Source of the DNA: an uncultured Acidobacteriota bacterium
GTDB lineage: Bacteria > Acidobacteriota > Thermoanaerobaculia > UBA5066 > Gp7-AA6
DNA length: 64,000 bases
Reading direction: 5' to 3'
NCBI GenBank assembly: GCA_963764715.1
Contig: CAVXTP010000006.1
Span: 128,001 to 192,000 of the forward strand
Made by a program: the position numbers and the translations under genes. Below are positions 37,976 through 47,852 of the stretch, in pieces. Numbering within the stretch: the first letter of the stretch is position 1; every line of letters starts with the position of its first letter. The notes beneath the pieces were generated by a model. It was not told the DNA's origin. It did no database searches and worked only from the letters and a program-made list of their open reading frames with translations.

Positions 37976-40462
37976 ATGACGACGCTCTTGCAGGATCTCC
38001 GTTACGCCCTTCGCTGGCTCGCCCGCAACCCCGGATTCGCGGCCGTGGCGATCCTGACGCTCGCTCTCGGCATCGGGACCGTCACGACGATCTTCTCGAT
38101 CCTCGACGCCGCGGTGCTCCGCCCGCTCCCGTACCGCGACCCGGACGCCCTCGTGAAGCTCTCGATCACGCACCAGGAAGGCAACACCCCGGCCGAGCCC
38201 TTCGCCTGGTCCTACCCCAAGTTCGAGAGCCTGCGCCGGCACGCGCGGTCCTTCGCCGCGGTCGCCGCGTTTTCCTCCGCCGACCTGAACCTCACGGGAG
38301 TCGCCGAGCCCGAGCGCCTGAGCGGGGAGATCGTCTCTGCGTCGTACTTCCCGGTCCTGGGCGTCCCGGCGGCGCTCGGCCGCACGTTCACGGCCGAGGA
38401 GGACGGGGCGCCGGGAGCGCATCCGGTCTGCCTGATCTCGCACGGCCTCTGGCAGCGCCGGTTCGGCGGTTCGGCCTCCGTCCTCGGCCGGGCGATCTCG
38501 GTCAACCGCCGGCCGCTGACGGTCGTCGGCGTGCTTCCCGAGCGCTTCGCGGGACTCGGCGGCGACGCCGAGATCTGGGTGCCGATGGCCATGGCCTCCG
38601 CGTTCATCTACCCCGAAATCCTGACCGAGGACGGCAACCACTGGCACGACGTCGTCGGGCGGCTCAAGCCCGGCGTCTCGGCCGCCGCGGCCGACGCCGA
38701 GATGCGGGTCGTCGGAAAGCAGATCGCCGACGAGCATCCGATGGAAGTCCGCGGCGCCGTCTGGGGAGCGGCGGCGGCGCCGTTGAACGACAGCCGCGTC
38801 GACCCGGCCCTGCGGCGCTCGGTGCTCGTGCTCTTCGGCGCGGTCACCTTCGTCCTGCTCATCGCGTGCGCCAACGTCGCGGCGCTCCTTCTCGCCCGGG
38901 CGTCGTCCCGCGGACGGGAGGTGGCGATCCGCCTCGCGATCGGCGCGGGCCGCCGCCGCATCGTCCGCCAGATGCTGACCGAGAGCGTCGTCCTCGGGGT
39001 CGCCGGAGGCGTCGCGGGCGTCCTGCTGTCCCTCTGGGGCGTCGAAGCCCTGTCCCGGATCGAGCGCCTTTCGGGGGTGGGCGACCGGTCGTTCCTGTTC
39101 CGCTTCACCGCCGTCGAGCTCGACGCCCGCGTCCTCGTCTTCGCGCTCGCCGTTTCGCTTCTGACGGGCCTCGTCTTCGGAATGGCTCCGGCTCTCCACG
39201 CCACCCGGGCGGACCTCGGCGCCGCGCTCAAGGAAGGCGGCGCCGGGGCCGTCGCCGGAGCGGGCCGGCGGCGTCTGTCGCTGCGCGGCATCCTCGTTCC
39301 TTTGCAGGTCGCTCTCGCGCTCGTGCTGCTCGTGGGCGCCGGCCTCCTGACGCGCACTCTCGGCCGGCTGTCCGGCTACGACGCCGGCTTCCGGCCGGAG
39401 GGCGTTCTCACGCTGCGTTTCGATCCTTCCGGCGTGCTCGACGGCGACCGTTCGCAGGCGGCCGTGTTCCGCCGCGCGATGCTCGAGCGTCTCGCCGCCC
39501 TTCCGGGAGTCACGAGCGCGGCGACCGGGCGCACCCCGCCGGTCTCCTCCCGCAACATGATCGCCGTCATCCGCCAGGTCGACGACCGCCGCTTCTCGAT
39601 CGAAGAGGGCGCGACGCAGATCGGGATCCACGACGTCAGCCCGGACTACTTCCGCACGCTGTCGATCCCGATCCGCAGCGGTCGGGCCTTCACCGGGGAG
39701 GACCGCGAGGGCTCCCGGAGGGTCGTCGTCGTCTCCGAAACGACGGCCAAGCGCCTGTGGCCCGGCCAGGACCCGATCGGACGCCGGCTCTCGGCGACGA
39801 CGTTCTACTTCGGCGACGGCCAGACCGCCGAGGTCGTGGGCGTCGCGGGCGACGTGCTCTACGGACGGCCCGGCGAACGCCAGGCGCTCGACCTCTACTA
39901 CCCCTCGTTCCAGGGCGGGCTCCCCTGGGGCACGCTTTTCGTCAAGACCTCCGGCGATCCGGCGGCCCTCGCTCCGGCCGTTCGCCGCGAGATCAAGGCG
40001 CTCGCCCCGAACCTCCCGGTGTTCGACGTCGCGACCATGGAGACCCGGGCCGCGCGGACTTTCTCGCGCGAGCGGTTCGGCGCGGGGCTGCTGGGACTTC
40101 TCGCCGGCATCGCCCTCTTCCTCGCCTCCGTCGGCATCTACGGGCTCGTGGCCGAGACCGTCTCGGCGCGAAGCCGCGAGATCGGGCTTCGCATGGCGCT
40201 CGGCGCGCGGCCGGGGGACATTCTCCGGGGCGTCCTGCAGCACGGCCTGACGCTCGCGGTCGCGGGTCTGGCCGCGGGTCTCGCCGCCGCGTTCGCCCTC
40301 TCGCGGCTGCTCTCGAGCCTCCTCTTCGGCGTCGCCGCGAGCGACCTGGCGACGTACGCCGCCGTCTCCGCGATCCTGCTCGCGGTCGCCGCCGCCGCGA
40401 GCTGGATCCCGGCGCGCCGCGCCACGCGCATCGACCCGATGCTGGCGCTGCGGAGGGAGTGA
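37976..40462 (+). CDS. ADOP-type duplicated ABC permease #2
   Basis: ATG at 37976 (MTTLLQDLRY) with AAGGAG RBS. Same two-fold architecture; ends RIDPMLALRRE. Confidence 0.92.
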   Translation: MTTLLQDLRYALRWLARNPGFAAVAILTLALGIGTVTTIFSILDAAVLRPLPYRDPDALVKLSITHQEGNTPAEPFAWSYPKFESLRRHARSFAAVAAFSSADLNLTGVAEPERLSGEIVSASYFPVLGVPAALGRTFTAEEDGAPGAHPVCLISHGLWQRRFGGSASVLGRAISVNRRPLTVVGVLPERFAGLGGDAEIWVPMAMASAFIYPEILTEDGNHWHDVVGRLKPGVSAAAADAEMRVVGKQIADEHPMEVRGAVWGAAAAPLNDSRVDPALRRSVLVLFGAVTFVLLIACANVAALLLARASSRGREVAIRLAIGAGRRRIVRQMLTESVVLGVAGGVAGVLLSLWGVEALSRIERLSGVGDRSFLFRFTAVELDARVLVFALAVSLLTGLVFGMAPALHATRADLGAALKEGGAGAVAGAGRRRLSLRGILVPLQVALALVLLVGAGLLTRTLGRLSGYDAGFRPEGVLTLRFDPSGVLDGDRSQAAVFRRAMLERLAALPGVTSAATGRTPPVSSRNMIAVIRQVDDRRFSIEEGATQIGIHDVSPDYFRTLSIPIRSGRAFTGEDREGSRRVVVVSETTAKRLWPGQDPIGRRLSATTFYFGDGQTAEVVGVAGDVLYGRPGERQALDLYYPSFQGGLPWGTLFVKTSGDPAALAPAVRREIKALAPNLPVFDVATMETRAARTFSRERFGAGLLGLLAGIALFLASVGIYGLVAETVSARSREIGLRMALGARPGDILRGVLQHGLTLAVAGLAAGLAAAFALSRLLSSLLFGVAASDLATYAAVSAILLAVAAAASWIPARRATRIDPMLALRRE

Positions 40463-40464
40463 CG

Positions 40465-40533
40465 ATGCTCTTCGACGTCCGTCACGCGTTCCGCGCGCTC
40501 CGGCGCTCGCCGGGAAACGAGGCCAACCGATGA
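40465..40533 (+). pseudogene. Collapsed ADOP permease remnant (22-codon mini-ORF)
   Basis: [22 protein letters not shown]. The first 17 aa match the family N-terminus ([15 protein letters not shown]). Its stop overlaps the ATG of permease #3. Confidence 0.75.
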
Positions 40534-42962
40534 GCACGCTGTTCCAGGACCTGCGGTTCGCGCTCCGAAGCCTCCGGAAGAGCCCGGGTTTCGCGGCGGC
40601 GGCGATTCTCATCCTCGCCCTCGGGATCGGCGCCAACACCGCGATCTTCAGTCTCCTGGACGCGGTCGTCCTGCACCCGTTGCCGGGCGTCTCCCGTCCG
40701 GAAGCGCTCGTGGATTTCTCGGGGAACACGGTTTCGTATCCCTGGTACCGGGAAGTCCGCGAGGGGACGGCGTCGAGCCTCTCGGGCCTCGCGGCGTGGC
40801 GCGTGCGCGACATGAGCCTCTCGGGCGGCGCCGCGGCCGAACGGATTGGCGGAGGCATCGTCTCCGGCAACTACTTCGACGTGCTCGGCGCGCGTCCCGC
40901 GCTCGGCCGCCTGCTCGCCCCGGCCGACGAGCAATCCGGCGAGCCGGTCGTGGTTCTCGGCCACCGGCTCTGGAAGCAGCGATTCGGCGCCGACCCCGCA
41001 GTCGTCGGAAAGTCCGTCCCGTTGAACGGCGCCCCGTTCACCGTGATCGGCGTCGCGCCGGAGGGATTCCGCGGCGCCGCCTTCGGACAGTCCCCGGACG
41101 TGTGGGTGCCGATCGGAGCGTGGCCGCGGCTGGCGACGGGCCGGTTCCGTTCCCTCGACCTCGGCGCCCGCGGATGGGGCTGGCTCTCGGTCACCGGACG
41201 TCTTCGATCCGATGTCCCCGTCGCGCAGGCGCAGGCCGCCGTTCAGGTCGCCGCCCGGCAACAATCGGCGGCGTTCCCGGACGACTCGCCCGACCAGGCG
41301 CCGGTGATGCTGCGATCGACGCTGCGGGCCGCCGCGGGATTCGGGCAATCGGGCGACCCCGTCGCGTTTCTCGCCCTGCTCGTCGGAGCCGTCGGCGTCA
41401 CGCTCGCGATCGCCTGCGCGAACCTCGCCAACCTCCTGCTCGCGCGCGCGACGGCGCGCCAGAGGGAGATCGCCGTCCGACAGGCGATCGGCGCAACGCG
41501 GTCGCGCCTCGTGCGCCACCTCCTGACGGAGAGTCTCCTTCTCGGCGTGCTCGGGGGCGCCGCGGGGCTCCTCGTCGCGAGCTGGTCGCTCGGCCTCATC
41601 GGCCGGATGCCGCTCCCGGACGACCTTTCGTTCGCCGTCTTCGGGCCGTCGCTCGACGCGCGCGCACTCGGGTTCTCGCTCCTCCTGTCGATCGCGACGG
41701 GGCTCGCCTTCGGACTGCTGCCGGCGATTCAGGCTTCGGCAGGCTCCGTCGGCTCGGCCCTCAAAGCGTCGTCGGCCGCGGGCCCGCCGCGCTCGCGCGC
41801 CCGCGACGCCCTGGTCGCGGCCCAGGTCTCGCTGTGCCTCCTGCTCCTCGTCGCCGCCGGTCTCCTCGGCCGCAGTCTCCAGAGCGCTCTGGCGACGGAC
41901 CTCGGCTTTCCGTCGCACGGGTTGATGGTCTCGACCGTCGACCTCGGCCTCCAGCGTTACGACGCTCCGAGGGCGGCCGTCTTTCTGCGCGAGCTCCGAG
42001 ACCGCGTCGCATCCTCGCCCGGCGTCCGGTCGGCGAGCTGGGCCGGCCTCGTCCCGCTCGGCGGTGGTCAGTGGGTGGAGAGTTTCTCGATCGAAGGTCG
42101 GCCGTCGCCGGAGAGCCGCCGCGACGAGGCCGAGATCAACGTTCTCGGCGCGGGCTTCTTCCGCACCATGGAAATCCCGGTTCTCGAGGGTCGCGAATTC
42201 GACGACCGGGTGGACCGCGAGGGTTCTCCCGCCGTCGCTCTCGTCAACGAGGCGATGGCAAGACGGTACTGGCCCGGACGGAGTCCGGTCGGGCGCCGCA
42301 TCGACATCGGCGGCGCTGCCCGGACGGTCGTCGGCACGGTCCGCGATTTCCGGACGGGATCGCTGAGGGACCGGCCGGCCCCCCAGGTCTACCTGCCCAT
42401 GGCGCAGGACCCGGGCGCCGGACTGCAGCCCCTGAACCTGCTCGTGCGCGGCCGCTCGGGAGCTTCCGGCGTCGCCGAGGCGATCCGATCCGAGATCCGG
42501 CGTCTCGACCCGAGCCTGCCCTCGCGCCTGGGAACCTTCGACGAAGAGCTCGGCGGGCAGCTCGTCCCGCAGCGGCTGGGATCGGCGCTCCTCGGCCTCT
42601 TCGGCCTGCTTTCGCTGGTGCTCGCCGCCGTCGGGATCTACGCCGTGATCTCCTTCGGGGTCGCGGCGCGGACGCGCGAGATCGGCGTCCGGATGGCGCT
42701 CGGCGCCCGGGCCGCGGACGTTCGGAGGCTCGTCGTCGCGCAGACCGCGCGCCCCGTCGCCGCGGGCGTCGCGCTGGGTGTCATCCTCGGGGCCGTCGCG
42801 GCGCGTCTGCTCGCCGGGTTCCTCTACGGCGTTTCGCCGTCGGACCCCGTCACGTTCGCCGGCGTGACCGCGCTCCTGCTCTTCTGCGCCCTCGGCGCCG
42901 CGTACCTCCCGGCGCGCCGCGCTTCGCGCATCGACCCGATGACCGCCCTGAGGACGGACTAG
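40530..42962 (+). CDS. ADOP-type duplicated ABC permease #3
   Basis: 810 aa with family motifs; ends [11 protein letters not shown]. Confidence 0.92.
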   Translation: MSTLFQDLRFALRSLRKSPGFAAAAILILALGIGANTAIFSLLDAVVLHPLPGVSRPEALVDFSGNTVSYPWYREVREGTASSLSGLAAWRVRDMSLSGGAAAERIGGGIVSGNYFDVLGARPALGRLLAPADEQSGEPVVVLGHRLWKQRFGADPAVVGKSVPLNGAPFTVIGVAPEGFRGAAFGQSPDVWVPIGAWPRLATGRFRSLDLGARGWGWLSVTGRLRSDVPVAQAQAAVQVAARQQSAAFPDDSPDQAPVMLRSTLRAAAGFGQSGDPVAFLALLVGAVGVTLAIACANLANLLLARATARQREIAVRQAIGATRSRLVRHLLTESLLLGVLGGAAGLLVASWSLGLIGRMPLPDDLSFAVFGPSLDARALGFSLLLSIATGLAFGLLPAIQASAGSVGSALKASSAAGPPRSRARDALVAAQVSLCLLLLVAAGLLGRSLQSALATDLGFPSHGLMVSTVDLGLQRYDAPRAAVFLRELRDRVASSPGVRSASWAGLVPLGGGQWVESFSIEGRPSPESRRDEAEINVLGAGFFRTMEIPVLEGREFDDRVDREGSPAVALVNEAMARRYWPGRSPVGRRIDIGGAARTVVGTVRDFRTGSLRDRPAPQVYLPMAQDPGAGLQPLNLLVRGRSGASGVAEAIRSEIRRLDPSLPSRLGTFDEELGGQLVPQRLGSALLGLFGLLSLVLAAVGIYAVISFGVAARTREIGVRMALGARAADVRRLVVAQTARPVAAGVALGVILGAVAARLLAGFLYGVSPSDPVTFAGVTALLLFCALGAAYLPARRASRIDPMTALRTD

Positions 42963-42972
42963 GAGGGACCGC

Positions 42973-45363
42973 ATGGCCGCCCTGACCCAGGACGTCCGAT
43001 ACTCGTTGCGCTCGCTGGCGAGGAACCCGGGCTTCACCGCGGTCGCCGTCGCGACGCTCGCCCTCGGGATCGGCGCGAACACCGCGATTTTCAGCGTGGT
43101 CGACGGCGTTCTCTTGCGGCCGCTGCCGTTTCCGGAGCCGGAGCGGCTCCTCACTCTGCCCCACAACGTCTCGCCGCCCGAGCTCGCCGACGCCGCGGCG
43201 ATGACCCGATCTTTCGAGAGCGCGGGCGGCGCGGCGCTCCAGCCCTTCGACCTGCAGGCCGGGGCGCAGCCGGTCCAGGGGATGTCGGCGATGGCGAGCG
43301 GCGCCCTGTTCGAAACGCTCGGCGTCCGGGCCGCGCTCGGCCGCACGCTCTCCCGCGAAGACGACCGGCCGGGCGGTGAGCGCGTCGTGGTCCTCGGCGA
43401 CGCCCTCTGGCGGCGCGAGTGGGCCGCCGATCCGTCGATCGTCGGCAAGTCGATCCGCCTTTGGGGAGCGCCGTGGACGGTGGTGGGGGTGATGGCCCGC
43501 GGGTTCGCGCTGCCCGAGCAGACGGTGGATCTTTACGTGCCGCTCTGGGTCGCCTATCCGACCGCGGCGCCGGAGCGCGGCGTCCACTTCCTGCGCCCCG
43601 TCTTCCGCCTCAAGCCGGGCGTCTCGACGGACGCGGCGCGGGCCGACCTGGGCGCCGCCTTCGCCGAGCTCGGCCGGCTCCATCCCGAATCGGACAAGGG
43701 CCTCGAGCCCGCGCTCACGCCGCTGCTCGAGAACGTCGTCGGCGACAGCCGGCGCGCGATGTCGATCCTCGTCGCCGCCGTCGGCCTGGTCCTCATGATC
43801 GCGTGCGCCAACCTCGCCAACCTCCAGATGACCCGGGTCCTCGCGCGCTCCGGCGAGCTCTCGATCCGGGCGGCTCTCGGCGCCTCGCGGCGGCGCATCC
43901 TGACCCAGATCCTGACGGAGTGCGCGGTGCTCGCGCTCGCCGGCGGCGTCGTCGGCTTTCTGCTGAGCGCCTGGGGCGTCGAGGCGCTGCTGTCGCGGTT
44001 TCCGGACGCCCTGCCGCGGCTGACGAACGTCGGCCCGAACGGGCGCGTCGCCGTTTTCACCTTCGCCGCCTCGCTCGCGACGAGCGTGCTCTTCGGGATC
44101 GCGCCGGCCTGGCAGGCTTCGGGCCGACGCTTTTCGCGCCTTCTCGGCTCGGGCCGCACGGCGGGACTGCGCGAGTCGGGCCGGGCGCGCTCGTCCCTGG
44201 TCGTCGCCGAGATCGCGATCGCGCTCGTGCTGCTCGTCGGCGCCGGCCTGCTGCTTCGCGTCCTGTGGCGCCTCGAGGGCGTGGCGCCGGGGTTCCGGAC
44301 GCAGGGCATTCTGGCGGCGCACATCGACCTGCCGCAGTCCCGCTACGACCGGAGGGACTCGCAATCGTTGTTCCGCCGCCGCCTCATCGCCTCGTTCGAC
44401 GGGGAGCCCGGCATTCGCGCCGCCCTGGTCAGCGAGCTTCCGATGTCGGGCGACGCGCTCGACCACGACTTCGCGATCGACGGAGCGCCGCCGGTCGCTC
44501 CCGGCGACGAGCCCTCCGTCTACTCGCGCAGCGTCCTCGGCGACTACTTCGGCACGATGGGGATCCCGCTGCGCGCCGGCCGGCTTCTCGCGGACTCGGA
44601 CCGCGAGGACGCGCCGCTCGTCGGCGTCGTCAACGAAGCCCTGGCGCGGCGTTACTTCCCGGGCTCCGACCCGATCGGCCGGCGCGTGGGCTGGGCGCGG
44701 CAGCGCGAGATGCAGTGGATCACGATCGTCGGTGTCGTCGGCGACGTGCGGCACTTCGGCCTCGCCGACGACGACCGGCCCGCCGTCTACACCCCCTTCG
44801 TGCAAGCCCCGCAGGACTGGAAACGCTGGTCCGAGCTCGTCGTCCGCGGCCCCGCCGGCGCCGCCGGCCTCGAGGAGCTCGTGCGCCGCAAGCTGCAGGC
44901 GATCGACCCGCTCCTCCCGATCGCGAAGATCCGCCGGATGGACGAGGTGATCGGGAGCTCGCTGACGCGTCAGCGCTTCGGCGCCGAGCTGCTGTCCGCC
45001 TTCGCCGTCGCGGCGCTGGGCCTCGCCTGCGTCGGCATCCTCGGCGTGATGGGCAGCGCGGTCCGACGCCGCCGCGCCGAGATCGGCGTGCGCATGGCCC
45101 TCGGGGCGGCGCCGGGCCGCGTCGTGCGCGAGATTCTCGCGGACGGGCTGCGCCTGATCGGCCTCGGAATCGGCATCGGCCTCGCGGCGGCGATGGCTCT
45201 GACGCGCACGATGCGGAGCCTCCTCTTCGGCCTGCCGCCGACCGATCCGGCGACTTTCGCGGGCGTGGCCCTGCTCCTCGCGGCGGCGGCCGTCGCAGCC
45301 TGCTGGATCCCGGCGCGACTGGCCGCGCGCACGGATCCGATGACCGCCCTTCGGTCGGAGTGA
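42973..45363 (+). CDS. ADOP-type duplicated ABC permease #4
   Basis: 796 aa with family motifs; ends [11 protein letters not shown]. Confidence 0.92.
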   Translation: MAALTQDVRYSLRSLARNPGFTAVAVATLALGIGANTAIFSVVDGVLLRPLPFPEPERLLTLPHNVSPPELADAAAMTRSFESAGGAALQPFDLQAGAQPVQGMSAMASGALFETLGVRAALGRTLSREDDRPGGERVVVLGDALWRREWAADPSIVGKSIRLWGAPWTVVGVMARGFALPEQTVDLYVPLWVAYPTAAPERGVHFLRPVFRLKPGVSTDAARADLGAAFAELGRLHPESDKGLEPALTPLLENVVGDSRRAMSILVAAVGLVLMIACANLANLQMTRVLARSGELSIRAALGASRRRILTQILTECAVLALAGGVVGFLLSAWGVEALLSRFPDALPRLTNVGPNGRVAVFTFAASLATSVLFGIAPAWQASGRRFSRLLGSGRTAGLRESGRARSSLVVAEIAIALVLLVGAGLLLRVLWRLEGVAPGFRTQGILAAHIDLPQSRYDRRDSQSLFRRRLIASFDGEPGIRAALVSELPMSGDALDHDFAIDGAPPVAPGDEPSVYSRSVLGDYFGTMGIPLRAGRLLADSDREDAPLVGVVNEALARRYFPGSDPIGRRVGWARQREMQWITIVGVVGDVRHFGLADDDRPAVYTPFVQAPQDWKRWSELVVRGPAGAAGLEELVRRKLQAIDPLLPIAKIRRMDEVIGSSLTRQRFGAELLSAFAVAALGLACVGILGVMGSAVRRRRAEIGVRMALGAAPGRVVREILADGLRLIGLGIGIGLAAAMALTRTMRSLLFGLPPTDPATFAGVALLLAAAAVAACWIPARLAARTDPMTALRSE

Positions 45364-45365
45364 GC

Positions 45366-45425
45366 ATGCGGACCCTCTTCCAGGACGCCCCTGACGGTCC
45401 CATGCGAACGCTGAGAACGGAGTGA
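45366..45425 (+). pseudogene. Collapsed ADOP permease remnant (19-codon mini-ORF: N-terminus fused to C-terminus)
   Basis: MRTLFQD-APDG-PMRTLRTE*. Matches the family start (MRTLTQD/MSTLFQD) joined in frame to the family end ([10 protein letters not shown]). Confidence 0.8.
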
Positions 45426-45429
45426 CACG

Positions 45430-47847
45430 ATGACCGGACTCCTCCAGGACTTGCGATACGCCGCCCGCTCGCTCGCCCGGAGCCCCGGCTTCGCGGCCGC
45501 GGCGATCGTGACGCTCGCCCTCGGCATCGGCGCCAACGCCGCGGTCTTCAGCCTCGTGCGGAGCGTCCTGCTGCGGCCCCTCCCCTTCCCGCGCCCCGAC
45601 GCCCTGATGTCGATCGCCGAGGGAAACCCCGAGAAGGGATGGTCGGCGATGCCGGCCTCGGCGCCGAACTTCCTCGACTGGGAATCCGGCGCCCGGTCCT
45701 TCGCGTCGATGGGCGCGTACACGACGGGCCCCGTGGCCCTGACCGGGCGCGGCGAGCCCGAGCAGCTCTCGGCGACCTGGGCGACCGCGGGCTTCTTTCC
45801 GACGCTCGGCGTCGGGGCGGAGATCGGACGGACGTTCGGGGCCGCCGAGAGCCTCGCAGGCCACGACCGCGCGATCGTCCTGTCCCACGGGCTCTGGATG
45901 CGCCGCTTCGGCGGCGACCCGTCCGTCGTCGGAAGCGCCGTCCGGATCGACGGCCAGCCGTACACGGTGCTCGGGGTCATGCCTCCGTCGTTCCGGTTTC
46001 CGGAAGAGGGCGCCGATGCCTGGGTGCCCCTCTCCTTCGGCCCCGACGTCGCGACGCAGCGCGGCGCGCACTACCTCGAGGTCGTGGCCCGGCGGCGGCC
46101 CGAAGTCGCGGCCGACCGGGCGAGCGCCGAGATCCGCGCCATCGCCGACCGGCTGCGCCTCGCCTACCCGCGCACCAACGGGGGCTCCACCGCCGTCGTC
46201 CGGCCGCTCGCGGAGACCCTCGTGGGCGACGTGCGGCCGGCGCTGCTCATGCTGCTCGGCGCCGTCGGGCTCGTGACCCTGATCGCCTGCGCGAACGTGG
46301 CGAACCTGCTCCTGATCCGCGCCACCCGGCGGAGCTCCGAGATCGCGGTCCGCACGGCCCTCGGCGCGAGCCGCGCACGGCTGGCGCGGCAGCTCCTGAC
46401 CGAGAGCCTCGTCCTCGCGGCCGCCGGCGCCGCCGCGGGCCTGGCGCTCGCGGCCGTGTCGCTCGACGCGATCGTGCGCCTGGCGCCCGCGAACGTGCCG
46501 CGCCTGTCCGAGGTGCGGATCGACGGGGGCGTGCTCGGCTTCACCGCGCTCTGGACGCTGGCGGCGGCCCTGGTGTTCGGTCTCGCGCCCGCGCTCGGCT
46601 CGCTCAGGGCCGGGCCGATGCGGTCGCTCCGGAGCTGGGGCAGCGACGCCGCCTCCGCGCGCGGCCCCGTGCGGCTGCGCCGCGTCCTCGTGGCCGGACA
46701 GATTGCGGTCGCGCTCGTCCTCCTCGTCGGCGCCGGCCTTCTCGTCAAGAGCCTGGCGCGCCTCTCGGCCGTGGACCCGGGTTTCCGCGCCGAGCAGGTC
46801 CTCGCGTTCGACCTGACGCTTCCCGAGGCCCGTTATCCGAACGAAGCCCGCCAGGGCGAGTTCACGCGGGAGCTCCTGTCGCGCATGCGCGCTCTGCCCG
46901 GAGCGCAGTCGGCCGCGGCGATCTTCGGCCTCCCGCTGACGGGCCTTTCCTTCAGCAGCAGCATGCGCATCGGGGGCGCGCCCGAGGGCGCCGACGAGCC
47001 CTCGGCCCAGTTGCGCGTGGCGAGCGAGGACTACTTCCGGACGCTCGGCATTCCGCTCGTCGCCGGCCGGTTCTTCGGTCCCGAGGACCGGTACGGCGCG
47101 CCGCACGCCATCCTGGCCAGCCGGGCCGCCGCCCGGCGGTTTTTCCCGGCGGGCGACGCCCTCGGAAAGCACGTCCGGTTCGGGGCGCGCCCGGGCGCGA
47201 CCCGCATCGAGGGCGAGATCGTCGGCATCGTGGGCGACGTGCGCGACGCCGAGCTCGGCGTCGGTCCGCAGCCCGAGTTCTACGCCTCGATCGCGCAGGC
47301 GCCCGTGGCCGGGTTCCACGTCGCGATCCGGACCTCCGGCCGCCCCGGTGCGCTCGCCGAAGCGGTCCGCGCCGCGGCGCACGGGCTCGATCCCGAGATC
47401 GTCGTCAACGGACTCTCGAGCCTCGGCGAGATCGTCTCGCGGTCCGTCGCCCGGCCGCGCTTCACCGCGAGGCTCCTCCTGCTCTTCGCCGCCATGGCGC
47501 TCGCCCTGTCGGCCGTCGGGATCTACGGCGTGATCGCCTTCGCCGTCAGCCAGCGGACGCGGGAGATCGGGATCCGCATGGCCCTCGGCGCCGATCGCCG
47601 CGCCGTGCGCGGGCTCGTGATGCGCGACGGCCTGCGCCTGACGCTCTGGGGCCTGGGGCTCGGCCTCGCCGGCGCGGTCGCCGCGGCCCGCCTGCTCGCC
47701 GGGTTCCTCTTCGAGGTCCGCCCCGGGGACCTCGCGACGCACGCGACCGTGACGCTGGTTCTCCTCGCGGTCGCCCTCCTCGCCTGCTGGATCCCGGCGC
47801 GGCGCGCCTCGCGGGTGGAACCGATGGCCGCACTGAGGTCGGAGTGA
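45430..47847 (+). CDS. ADOP-type duplicated ABC permease #5
   Basis: 805 aa with family motifs; ends RVEPMAALRSE. Confidence 0.92.
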   Translation: MTGLLQDLRYAARSLARSPGFAAAAIVTLALGIGANAAVFSLVRSVLLRPLPFPRPDALMSIAEGNPEKGWSAMPASAPNFLDWESGARSFASMGAYTTGPVALTGRGEPEQLSATWATAGFFPTLGVGAEIGRTFGAAESLAGHDRAIVLSHGLWMRRFGGDPSVVGSAVRIDGQPYTVLGVMPPSFRFPEEGADAWVPLSFGPDVATQRGAHYLEVVARRRPEVAADRASAEIRAIADRLRLAYPRTNGGSTAVVRPLAETLVGDVRPALLMLLGAVGLVTLIACANVANLLLIRATRRSSEIAVRTALGASRARLARQLLTESLVLAAAGAAAGLALAAVSLDAIVRLAPANVPRLSEVRIDGGVLGFTALWTLAAALVFGLAPALGSLRAGPMRSLRSWGSDAASARGPVRLRRVLVAGQIAVALVLLVGAGLLVKSLARLSAVDPGFRAEQVLAFDLTLPEARYPNEARQGEFTRELLSRMRALPGAQSAAAIFGLPLTGLSFSSSMRIGGAPEGADEPSAQLRVASEDYFRTLGIPLVAGRFFGPEDRYGAPHAILASRAAARRFFPAGDALGKHVRFGARPGATRIEGEIVGIVGDVRDAELGVGPQPEFYASIAQAPVAGFHVAIRTSGRPGALAEAVRAAAHGLDPEIVVNGLSSLGEIVSRSVARPRFTARLLLLFAAMALALSAVGIYGVIAFAVSQRTREIGIRMALGADRRAVRGLVMRDGLRLTLWGLGLGLAGAVAAARLLAGFLFEVRPGDLATHATVTLVLLAVALLACWIPARRASRVEPMAALRSE

Positions 47848-47852
47848 GCGGG

